A stretch of 44,696 nt of DNA from the NCBI GenBank assembly GCA_000708835.1, contig DF237621.1, forward strand, positions 1-44,696, given 5' to 3'. This document shows, piece by piece, positions 1-25,500 of the stretch; position 1 is the first letter of the stretch; every line of letters begins with the position of its first letter. A program made the position numbers and the translations under genes. A model generated the notes under the pieces. That model searched no databases. It worked only from the letters and a program-made list of their open reading frames with translations, and had not been told where the DNA came from. The DNA comes from Klebsormidium nitens (Eukaryota; Plantae; Klebsormidiophyceae).

Positions 1-3000
1 GATGCTAAAGACCCTTAGTAGATTGCGTAGAATCCGTAGCCTACAGACTCGTAGGTATAAAACCCATTCTCTCGCTCATTTTCCAAACATTGGAAACTGT
101 GCGAGTCGCATTTAGAAGTCTTCGCTTCCGGTTATAGCACTTCTCAGTTGACACCGTTGCGACTTAGCACTCTTTCGCCTCCCTCGTCCCTCTCGCCTGT
201 GTCAAGCTCCCTATTGTACATATCTTTTTCATTTTGGCCATGATCGCATGTCAAGGACGTCATCTCGCAAGGACGTCATGTCACACGACATGGTCAGGGC
301 CGAGTATTGTTGCAAAGGGCCGCCCTTTGCATGCGCCTCTCTTGGATGCGGGGCACATCATTAAAGTACTATGGGTCCGCCACATCACCGACGTACTTCC
401 GAGGTGAAATGGTCAAGGAACTTGAATTAGGAAAAAGGATTAATGCTTGAGGATGAGTGCCGCTTAGATTTCTCTGGTCTAGTGGATGTTTCATAGGATG
501 AGGTACAAAGGGCTAGCTTCATGCAGCCTTCATGCAGAAATCCCTGCGTTCCAGCTTCAAGCTCTCATTCTCTCATGCATGCTTTGCATTCGGATTGAGA
601 GTCTGAGCGACTCTCCCCACATGCATGCCATAATGTGCATTGTCGGAGCCGACGGTCGGCGGCGGCCGCCTTCCGATGCCGCCGCGCCCGGCTTTCCATT
701 CGTACATGCTTGACACCTTGCACATAAATGCCGAGGTAATTGTGTACGAATTACCTTACTCCGCCAATGATGAGCAGCATGGACCTTAAAGTGGCCAGGA
801 CCATCTACCGGGTCAGAATCAGGCAACTTGCCACTTATTTTAGAAACCAGTGGAAAGCCCCGTGCCGACACCCAATTTCCTGATGCCGACAAATCTGTAA
901 ACTTAAATGATTTGCGGGATGTCAGCCGATGCGCGCGTGACAGCTTCTTGTCAGCCGACATCAGCGTGACAAAATACCGTAGTTTCAGCACACTAGCCTA
1001 TGACTAGCTGAGTCTGGTGTGGGCCCACTCAGAGTCTCAGACTGAAAACAAGCGCAGATTCGCAACTTTTAAGGGCCAAGATACGGTACTTCGATAAGTA
1101 CATCAGGACAGGTGAATGGGTACTGATATACCGGTAACGGAGTCATGCAAGCCCGCACTCATACGTACCTATATGACCTGCGGGCACGGAAGTTAGGGCT
1201 GCAGTACCTGGTGGGTCACGGCCCAGGCCGTTCTGCGACCTCTGTCTGGGCTTCTGATCTGCGGCGAAGCGGAGTGGTACCGGCCATGATCATGCAGTCG
1301 CCCAGATGTGAGATGCTGAAGACTACAAAAGTAGGTAGGTACTCCTAGTCGAAGATGTCCTGACATCAAGGCAGGAAAGGCGAGGCGATTGGGCATCCAG
1401 TGCACGTCTGTTCAGTCTGATTGCAGAGTGCAAGTCGGCTAGTGCTATCACTGTATCGGTACAAGCATCATACAGCAAAGTCCGGCCCTGTATACGGTAC
1501 GCGCCAGCCGAGACCTAAGGTACGTTTTCAACTTCCGAGAGTTGAAGTGGTACCGAATACTGGCCCCCAATTTCATTAATGATGGCTTTCTGAGCACAAT
1601 GTAGACCAGTAGGCTAGCCGGTAGCAGGCCATGAGATCTCTTGAAGATCTAGGAACAGCAGAGAGGCATGATGGACTTGGATCCGCAGGGTTTGTTTCAG
1701 ATTTGTTGGCCAGTTTAATGGCCCAGCCAATTGCAAGGACTTGACATTGGTTTAATAGCCCACGCTCTAACTTTTAAGGTATGGTCTGGCAAAGAATCTT
1801 CAAAGAGGCTCGGGCTTCAACCTCTTGGTGTTGCCTTCTGGGGGCCTTTTGGATCCGAGTCATTGATGGTGTCATCTCTGAATCTTTAGTGAAGTTATAC
1901 AAAAGTTGACAGCCTGAGGCATTTGAGCATTCATTCCAAATTCAAAACTCCCTCAGCGAGCAGCTAGTTTCCCCTCTGTGGAGAGAAGGATCCAAGCACC
2001 AAGCTCCTTCATCGCTTCCAGCTCTGAGCTGTGTCAACGGTGCCAAAGGTGAGCTTGCCGCGCGCTCCCTTCCTTCAGCTCATGACAGTGATGAGAAGAT
2101 GCAGGCTGTGACGGGCACTGTCGCATGTGGACTAAAGCAGATGCTGCCACTGTGTAGTCATGTGCAGGTTTTGTACATGCTAAGAATCAGCTGGGTATGT
2201 TGGGCTTGTTACTGCATAGCGGCATCTGCCATCGCCCTTACCTGTATTCATCCTGGCCACAAGTCCTCTGTGACTTTCTTTTCTCTTGCTTCTTCCTGTT
2301 TTGCACCACACCCGTCTGTGCAGATTGGCACAGCTCTCCAGCTGATCGCCCCCTTACAAAGCATTGTCCTAGATATTGACAAATCTGACCAGAAGTCCTG
2401 CTGTAATCGAACTCAAAAGATGCAGAATACGTGTCGGGGGCTAAAGTGTTGCAGACCACGTCCCAAGCTTTGAGACTCTTTGGTGGGAAGCGGGCTTCTG
2501 TCGATCAAATTCAGCATGCATCTACCACCATCTCAGCTTGCAATGCTAATCACCCTGATTCGGCGTTTGCGTTTCAGCTGTTAAAGCACTCGTTGTTTTC
2601 ATTGTGGGCTTACTGATCACTCACTATGAGGAACTGGGTATGTCACGAGGCGTACACTCCATGGATTCCACTTTCAGCGTGCCTTTCTATGCAACCACCC
2701 TATAACACTGCATCCAATTGAAAGCCCTTCCTCCTTTCTAGTAGGTTCCAATTTCATTGGTCCGCTCCCGCACATTCCCGGTCAACTTTACATCTGCCGC
2801 CGCATCACAAAAGGCGAGTTATAAAATGAGGAGACCCCAATGCGCGAGAGAAAGCCTGGCGCACATTGTGCCCACAATCAAATTTGTTGCAAAGTCGGAG
2901 CTGGTTTCAAATAAGAGTCAGATGCGCTTCGCTTCTTGTGATTGAACGTATTGTTGCATGCATCGTGTTGCCCGGTTTTGCTTGTTCTTGCACATGTGAG

Positions 3001-3329
3001 TTGATTACTGAAACGAACCCATGCAGCCCTCCGGTGATAAAAAAAGTAGTCACTTAGTCAGGTATGCAGACTGGTTTCGCCAGGAATTGATTTCCATTTT
3101 CAACGACCTGTCCGAATATCAAAGAGTTGTCTGCTGACTGTGCAATATCCATCAGATGTAGAAGTTCATTTCCCAGCAACCGCAAATGAGCTGTCATGAG
3201 TCTCAAGGTACGACAGGGGTTCCCAAGTTGGTCTTTTCTTGACACGGCCGTTATGGCTTTCTTGCTTGACTCTCAGCTCCCCTTCTTCTTCTTCACAGCA
3301 TTTAGACATTTCATTACCAAGCCTTCAAG

Positions 3330-5863
3330 ATGACATCAGCAGCATCCCTCCTGAGCTTTGCTCTTTTCGCCAGCCTTGTCACCTCAAGTGAGCCCCCCCA
3401 GTCTGTCCCTCTTGATCTCTTCCAATCAGAATGCTGATCGTATAATGATCACGGACTGTGCATGCAGGACCAGAGTCAGGAGACCTTTCTCTTGTCTGGG
3501 GTGAAAACGAACTCAGAAAAGAACTGTGGTTGTCCAAAAGGGACCTATGCTGGGGGGCTCTGCAGGGCTTTCTCAGGGGGGCAATCTGGAAAGCGCAGGC
3601 CTGAACGTGAGACTCATACGCAGACTTCTTGGCTATCACCTTTTACAGTGCATGCATGCAAAGCCCCTTCCTTCTCGCAATCACCTTTGAGACCACCCCA
3701 AGACTTCGTTAGCACCCAAAACCCACTATCTAGTCACCCATCTTCTTTGACATTAGTTCGTGTAACGCTTCCTAGGGCCTTAACAGAGTCTAACCCAGGT
3801 CAATCAGCCAGCTCTCTTCCTCTTGCAGGTCTGAGCGCCCAGGTTCAGTGGGCAGGACGCACAGTGAGTTACCTTCTCTCCCCCCAAAGCACCACAACGG
3901 CATTCGATCTGCCAAAGACTGAAGTGCCCATTTCTTGCCATCTTCTCTATTTCGTTCCAGCCTCATTCCACGTTCTTGTCCGTTGCGACTTGCTTGGGAC
4001 TCTTCTACTCTCAGTCTTCTTTTGTGAACTGACGCAGATGTTTGCTCCTTTTTGGAGTACCTTTCTAATCCACCCCCTTCAGCTCCTGAGAAACTTTTTG
4101 CCCCTCCTTTGCCCCCCACTCCCGGAATACTTTTGCGAGCTCCCCATCAGTACTAGCGCTCTATTCCCAAGTTTCGGCATACGCCAATCGTTTTGTAAGC
4201 ACGCGTGATGTCCCCCATCCCTCAACCCTCTCTGTCGTTTGCAGTGGAATATTCGCAGCACCAACGGCGGTCTAGAGGGTCCCGGCCCGAACTACTTCTC
4301 CGACTCGACGACCAACGTCTTCGTCAACAGCGCCGGCGCGCTGAGACTGCAGGTCACCAAAACCGCTGGGGCGTGGGTCTGCGCTGAGATCATGTCGCCC
4401 AATAGTTTCGGCTACGGCACGTGAGTGGCACGGTGCCAGTCTCTCTTCGTGCAGGACTATAACTGGATAATTGTTGTCAGGTTCAAAATATAGCTGTTCG
4501 TTGGTACAGGATCTCACTCTTGCGCCGGGTATTTTCAAACTAGCTATAAGCGACTAGGGCCTGATTGTGCTCCTTACTCCCCGTTCATCCCCCTTCTGTG
4601 ACCCGCGGTGCGTGACTTTGTCCCTGACATTGTCTCGGCCTGTTCATGTGGACTTCAGTGGTATCCTCCAAAGCCAAATCCCTCTGATTGAACCCTGCTT
4701 TCAAACCTGTTTCCGCAGCTACGGATGGAAAATCTCTTGCCGGTAACCTCAACCCCAGCGTTCTTCTCTCGACTTCCCGTAAGACAAACTCCAATCGTCT
4801 CCTCCTTCCATCAAACCCGTTCATTCATACCCAGTTTGCAAAACACGGTTTTTCGCAGCTACGAACGGAAGATCACCTCCGGCGCTGGTAACCTTGACCC
4901 GAACGTCGTTCTCGGCCTTTTCACGTACGACGACAACGCAATCCGTCCGCCCTCCACCTAAAGCTTCCTTTAACCTCTTCTCAAACCGATTCTTTGCAGC
5001 TACGAATGGAAGATCACTTCCGGCGCCGGTAACCTTGACCCAAACGTCGTTCTCGGCCTCTTCACGTACGATGATAACCCCGATCAGGCCCACCGTGAGA
5101 TCGACATCGAGATGGCCCGTTGGGGGCTGACCCCGGCTCAGGACGGCTCCAACGCGCAGTGGGTCGTTCAGCCATGGGACGGCACGAACCATCTTCAGGC
5201 GAGCCCCGATTTTGATTCCCGTCTCGGTCCTTTCATTCCGCTTCCGCTTCCGTTGCCGGTCTTACTCTCCGCCGGTCGGGCACGGAACTTCTCCCTTCCC
5301 TTACGTCACTTCGTTTTCGAAAGAACGAAGCCAATTGGATCGTTCAGCGATGGGACGGCACGAAGCATCTATAGGCGAGCTCCAATCTCTGGCCTCTCGT
5401 TCCGGTGTTAACCACTTTTGCACACCAAGTGCTGCCTTTTCTCGCTTGGGTTAAAAGTCGAACTGCCCACTAACCCCCTCTTTCTCATGTAGAGGTGGCT
5501 GATACCCAGCCCTCCCCCATAATCGCGTTCTCCATTAACCCTACTCAGAGCATAGTAAAAGCAAACCGCCCACTAACCCCGCTGTTTCTCGTGCAGAGGT
5601 GGCTGGCGCCCAACCCTAGTTCCACCTCCCCCCTGATCGTCTCCTACAAGTGGATCCCCGGTAAAATTTACTGGGCGGCCAGTCAGAACGGCCAGCTCAT
5701 CAGCACCAAGAACTACACCGCCGCCGACGTGCCCACCCCCGGCGCGGAGATTATTCACATCAACCTGTGGCTGTACCAGGCGGACCCGAACGTCGTGGCG
5801 GGGCCGAAAAACGGCAAGACGGCGTCAGTTCTCCTGTCGGACTTCGATTTCACACCGTATTAG
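3330..5863 (+). CDS. Secreted glycoside hydrolase family 16 (GH16) protein, ~244 aa, 5 coding exons
   Basis: Exons 3330-3387, 3829-3863, 4245-4420, 5000-5198, 5597-5863 join in phase (735 nt). Hydrophobic N-terminus MTSAASLLSFALFASLVTSSLSA looks like a signal peptide. GPGPNYFSD, GYGTYEW, catalytic EIDIE (5097-5111) followed by MARWG, and C-terminal HINLWL fit the GH16 jelly-roll fold. A polypyrimidine tract plus AG at ~3280-3298 suggests a 5'UTR intron. Confidence 0.85.
4715..4945 (+). repeat. Two degenerate tandem copies of GH16 exon 4 acceptor plus exon start
   Basis: CAG|CTACGGATGGAAAATC... (~4719) and CAG|CTACGAACGGAAGATCACCTCCGGCGCTGGTAACCTTGACCCGAAC... (~4859) versus functional CAG|CTACGAATGGAAGATCACTTCCGGCGCCGGTAACC (5000); ~140-bp spacing. 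Confidence 0.9.
5199..5596 (+). other. GC-AG intron (GH16 intron 4)
   Basis: Exon 4 ends ...CTTCAG|GCGAGC, a match to CAG|GTGAGT with a GC dinucleotide. It is phase 0 and joins the phase-0 exon after GTGCAG at 5596. I found no in-phase GT donor that preserves the GH16 sequence. Confidence 0.65.
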
Positions 5864-7825
5864 GCCGGCGGTTTTGGTGTGCTAAACCCGGATTTGCGGT
5901 TCGCGAGATGAGAGCTGAGGGTTGAATTTACCAGATTCCACGGTTGGACTACTTTATGGGGTTGAGGGTTTGAATACGAAGTCAAAAGGATTTTAGAGCG
6001 GGTTGACATCCAAACGGCTGGTCTAAGCGAGAGAAACGGGCAAAGGCTTCCTCGTACAGGTTTACCCGGTTGGTGTTGTACGGCGTGTTAAACGGCGGAT
6101 GACAAGAATCCGATTTTCAAGGGACCAAACCCTTGCGTCAGAAGAGTTTACGCTAATCCTTTAGCGGCAGCTTGTACAATAGGCCTTGCTAAGAGTTTCG
6201 AGATTTTCTTTTGGATCTGGGGATCGGGGTGCGATAGGGAAACAGCGGGAGTGATGCCTTCGGATGGAGACGAGGTTTCAGGTTTTCAGCTTGTGCAATA
6301 TTGTTCTCTTCTTTCAGTGTAAGACGTCAAACGGAGCGTTAAAGGAGCGTTGCTAGTGTAGAATTCGAGTGTTGGAAAACGGATCTGTAACTGCCTTGCT
6401 GGCAGTCGCGGTTCGGTGCTTGACGCCCGCGCAGCGGATGAGAGCTTGCCGCACGCAAGATGAAACCGCAGCAACATGTTTAGCTGTGCCTCGAGCCTTT
6501 TGTCTTGAAAAGAACAGCCTTCTCTAAGATGAATTCTAGGTTTATTTATTGCGTCAGAAACCTCCACACTTCCGCAGCTACACATGAGGCATTTTTATAG
6601 GGAAAGCTTAGGTCACCTTCTGGCACTAGAACTTGCATGCGCTGGTACTCAGCTTAGGAAAGGCGACCCGCTAGAGTTCTACTAGCTGTACAAGTTGCTA
6701 GCTCCCGCGTCAAAAATCTTGGCCAAAACTTTTGCGCTGTAGTCAAACCCTTCAACTCGCCTTTGCGATCTGACATGCATTTGGCAAGCTAGCTAGGTCA
6801 TACTAAGGTACAGATGTTGACGTAGACTTTGAGCCCGTTGAAATTTTGATAAATATTCTTAAAACGCTCAGCCTGTAATTCAAAAGATGATGCACATGCA
6901 TGACCGTCGGATCATTGAGTTGATCGATCGTTTGCAACTTTTGGTGGCATAGGTATGGGTATGATACACTGTTGTACCATCTGCATGGCACTCGGTTCTG
7001 ATCTGTAACTAGCTTCATGATCGACCACGTACGTCTATAGGTAAGTCTTTACTGAGCCTGGAGCTAGAGCATGATGCACGAATCTGTAAGTTACTAGTAT
7101 ACGTTTGGATATACTTGCGTTGACTGCATAGTATGCTCAGCATGATGAGCTGTGCAGATTGATGCGCTGTTTTATTGTAAACGCGCCGGCCGCCGGCCAG
7201 TACGTTCGCCAGGCGCGGAGAAATTAGAATACCCTTATATGCGTGGGTTAGATGTCCCATGCAGCTAATCGAATATAACGGCATCATTCTGAGGTGGGGT
7301 CCCACTCACAGCCAAGTGGTAGAGAGGAAAAAGGAAATATGAGGAGAAAAAGAGTGGAAAAGAAGAGAGAAAAGTGAGACAAGCAGAGGGATAGACGAGC
7401 CAGGCAGTCAAGAACTTTTCTTTTAAAGTGCAAAGTATGAATCTTAAATATCCCATTTGACTGTTCGATGCACTTGTTGGATCCCTGTGGCCGTCCGATT
7501 TCACACAAGTCCAAAGGTGACGATAAAATGACGTAGCATTGAAATATATTTGAAGTGGCTCGGACCCGGTCTGCGATCGACACGTGGTCCATTTGACACG
7601 CGGCCCAATCAAATTGCCGGATTTTATGTCATGTCGCATACTGAGTGGGACCGATAAGCTTCATGTGACCTTTACGTACACATTGCTGAACGGATGAGTC
7701 CAAATCTGTACACTGCTGAAGTTGAATTCACTTGTACTACAGCGCATTGATTAGTAAATTCAGCGACGACTGCTGCTTGTAGACTCATATTATGTGTTTT
7801 TCGGAAACGGCCCAATCCATATATC

Positions 7826-21867
<14,042 letters not shown>

Positions 21868-22598
21868 AGTTGCAGCAGAAACATGCCCCCAAAGACTTTC
21901 TTCCCAACTGCAGCGCCTGGAACCGCTTCCTCAGCGCGTTTTGCCAACCAAAGGGCTGTTTGTCTCACGCACTCGAACTGCAAGTTTCTCTTCTTTCAAT
22001 TTCTCCCCGCGTACAGTATTGCCCTCCTCTTCTCACCCAAAGTATACTTTCTGACCAAGGGCCGGCGGGAGGAGCTCTGCACACTACGGTGCCCAAAAGA
22101 CGCTCGCATGCATCACAGAACAACAGGCGCTGCTGCGTTGCAACTTGCAGACTGTCTTGCACAAGCTGTCCCACAGATCAGCACATGTGCTCTGCACACT
22201 GCCAGTGCCGTTTTGAAAGCTTTCTGGCGGGAAGAAAAGTTCAAAGCCACTGCCACTGGCACCGGCGTGACCGGGTGCATTTCGCTGCCAGCTGGTGTTG
22301 TTTCCTGATGTCACACCTCTTCGGTGTGACTGGCATCTTTTGTATCGCTCAGAGGGAAGCCTTTCAAGTAGATTCTGCTGTGTATATCGACGGTTCGAAA
22401 AACAGGCGCGTGCGATCGGACGTTCATGAGACATGTCGAGCATGAATAAGGGCGTGGTTGCACTCGGACTCAAAGCAGAGCGTGCACCATTGGAAATGCT
22501 CCCAGCGACGCTGGCGCTCTCCAGAGCTTGTGATCCACAGACCAGACGAGCCCATCCCTGATGTTTGTTCCTCCTTACAATCCATTTGGCTTTCAAGC
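21868..22598. promoter_or_regulatory. Shared divergent promoter / 5'UTR region of SMC3 and DWF1
   Basis: The inferred start codons are 731 bp apart in head-to-head orientation. No specific promoter elements were assigned. Confidence 0.5.
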
Positions 22599-25500
22599 AT
22601 GGCGGACAGCTCCAGGACGCCCCTGGTGGCGCCCAGGAAGGCCCCCAAGTCATGGGTCGACTTTGCGGTGATGTTCCGCTGGATGATTGTGGTCCCCATC
22701 GTCCTGCCCATCTCCTTTGCCTTCGAATGCCGCAAGCGCATCCGCGACTGGTACTCCCGCCGCCGGAGCTACGAGAGCAAGGAGGCCGAACACCAGAAGA
22801 ATGTGGAGACAGTGCAGAAGCGTCTGCGGAGCAGGAACGCATCCAAGGATGGCCTGGTGTGCACTGCGCGCAAGCCCTGGCTGTCGGTCTCCATGCGCAA
22901 CCAGGACTACAAGCGCGCGCGCCGCTTTGAGGTGGACCTGAGCGACTTCCGCCACATTCTGAACATCGACAAGGAGAGGCTGGTCGCTCGCGTTGAGCCG
23001 TTCGTCTCCATGGCGCAGCTCAGCGCAGCGACCGTCCCCATGGGATTGGCGCTCGCGGTCGTGCCTGAGTTGGATGATCTGACGGTGGGGGGCCTGATCA
23101 ATGGCTACGGCATCGAGGGGAGCTCCCACATCTATGGACTCTTCCAGGACATCGTGCTCGCTTATGAGATTGTGCTTGGCGATGGGACGCTGGTCCGTGC
23201 CACTGCAGACAACGAGTACTCGGATCTGTACTATGCGATCCCGTGGTCTCAGGGTACGCTTGGGATGCTCGTGGCGGCCGAGCTTCAGTTGATTGAGATC
23301 AAGCCCTACATGAAGGTGAGGTCGCACTGATGACAATGTCTGTGAATTGGGTCAGCGTGGTGGAGTGAGGCGCATTGTTAGTGGCGCCAGTTTGTGTACT
23401 TCCGCGAGGTGCAAGGATCTGGTTGTTATTGTCCCAGATCTGGTGCTGTTTATTTCTCTCGGGAGATGGGCTCAGGCATGCAGTGGTTTGCATTGCTGGC
23501 GCCTTTATCTGGCTGCTTGTGGTAAGGTGCCACAATGTGAGGGCCAAAAGCGAGTCTGCAGTCTAATACATTTTGCCCTGCTTTGGACAATTTTTTCATA
23601 CAGATCTGCCTGCAACGCAGTGCTTGATCTTCATAGCTTGAAAGCAGATAGGTTAGCAATCCAAGCTAACATGCAGCATGGTGGCAGATTGTCAAGCCCT
23701 GCATGGCCGTACTTCGTTGCTTTTTTTTCAAAACACTGAGATTGACGTGTTCGCTGAAAAGTGCTCTCTATGCTGTCAGTTCTATCTGGTTCTCAACCAC
23801 TGGCACACCACGCACGTCAGTGAGAGCGCACAGAACTTTCTCTGAGACGAAGCGGATAAGTTTCAGTCGAAGGCTGTGCCAATTGCCATTACTTGGTCTG
23901 GATTGGTGCCTTGGCCTGCTCACTAATGTCAGAAAGCATTGGCGCTTTACATCCTGCTGGTAATGGTATTGTATCTAAGAGATGGTGCGAGAGATGGTGA
24001 GAAAGTGCATACTTCAAATTGGGAAAACATCATCTTCCTGCTTCTGTGAAGCCAGCGTCAGGCGGGGTCTGTACCACCGTTTGTGTTCCTGCTTTCTCCA
24101 AGCAGTGCTTGCTTGCTTGCTCACTCTTCAATCACATCCGTTGCTTGGATCTGGGATCTTTACGGTGTCTCGTCTTCTTTAGCAGAGCTTCCTTACCCTC
24201 ACCTGAGTAAGAGCGGTAATGCAAGCGCCTCGCAGGGATCTGCTTTAATTGTCCCCTTTCTCCTTTCAGCTTGACACAGCATTAGCCTATGTACCTCGTA
24301 CGTGATAGTCGCATCTTTTTGCACCACGTCTCAGCAGATCACCACTTTCCTGGGATATTCATATCAACAAAATTTCCTCCCAACCATCTGGTGTCTGGTG
24401 CTTATGTGCATTTCTTATTTCAGGCTTTGCAATTGGTCAGCACCTTGATTTGTTGTACTGGTGTCTGAGGTTGTCTGAGGTGTCTGAGGTGTGAAAGGTC
24501 AAGAAGTGGACTCATCATTTTCCCTCCAAGCGTTCGTTGGTTCGTCCCACCGTTCAAAGTGGACAGTTTCCGCTTCGCAACTTCCTATCAGAACTGTTGG
24601 TGCCAGCCTCCAGTATCTAAGAGCGCTGAGTCGACCCAACAGTATGACGATTGGTCCCATTAGACACTGCCCTCGCTCAGGCTCACTTGTACACGTGGCC
24701 TACCTGCCGGTGTGCGGGTCCCTCCGATGGGCGAGGCATTCTCAATCTTTTTGCCCCGTGTGTTTTCAATCGCTTACTCTCTTCAAATTGACAATCAGAT
24801 GTCCTCAAAGTTCTCTGTTTTCTCAGACCTCTCTTTTGACGCTACCCTTACAAGATTGGTCTCACTCATACAGCTGACCTACCAGTCGGTGCGCGAGTCC
24901 TCCAAAAGATGGGCCAGGCATACCAACAATACTTGCCCCAAGTCCCGTCCGTTCTCTCACTGCTCTTTTTCTATCATTCTGACGAATAGATCCATAATTG
25001 ACACTACCCTTACGCGCACTGTCTTGCTTACACAGGTAACCTACCAGCCGGTGCGCGGGTCCCTCCGCGAGATGGGCCAGGCATACTGGGACTGCTTCTG
25101 CCCCCGCGACGGCGACCAGGACAATCCCGAGAAGGTCCCCGACTTTGTGGAGGGCATGATCTACACCAAGAACACAGGCGTCATGATGACGGGCGACTAC
25201 GTCGATGCCAAGGAGGCCAAGGCGCACTGGGGCCAGGTCAACGAGGTCAGTGCTGCTTTGCTTCATACAGCTTCTCACTAGCAACCGGCCACTTTCAGTG
25301 GAGAAATCAGTGTAACTTACTTAGTCTGCTACTGAGGGAAATTAGTCTAGAGGAATAGTATGCACTGATTCTGGCGGGTTGCTTGGGAGAAGCTGTAACC
25401 CTGAAGAAAAGGAAAAGAACAGTGAAAAAACTAAGAACCGGGGAAGGTTGTTTGCAGAGGGCTGCAATCAAGGAAGAAAGGTACAAACGAAGTGAAGTAG

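Noticed and set aside
1-3250. Short ORFs and CGGTAC-rich patches that might be a transposon remnant or a gene
   Set aside because: No recognisable protein motif, TIR, LTR or consistent exon chain could be assembled, so the region is left unannotated.
3160-3310. Minus-strand peptide ...RVKKRPTWEPLSYLE resembling a chromodomain fragment
   Set aside because: Only a 4-residue match. It overlaps the polypyrimidine tract and 5'UTR of the GH16 gene on the opposite strand.
3462-4208. 248-aa ORF in the ORF track
   Set aside because: Mostly GH16 introns 1-2, read through pyrimidine-rich sequence; only 35 nt (exon 2) are coding.
22650-23336. 228-aa minus-strand ORF (also 32239-32892 + and 40557-41297 +)
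   Set aside because: Antisense shadows of GC3-rich real exons (DWF1, F-box, U2A'); no independent motifs.
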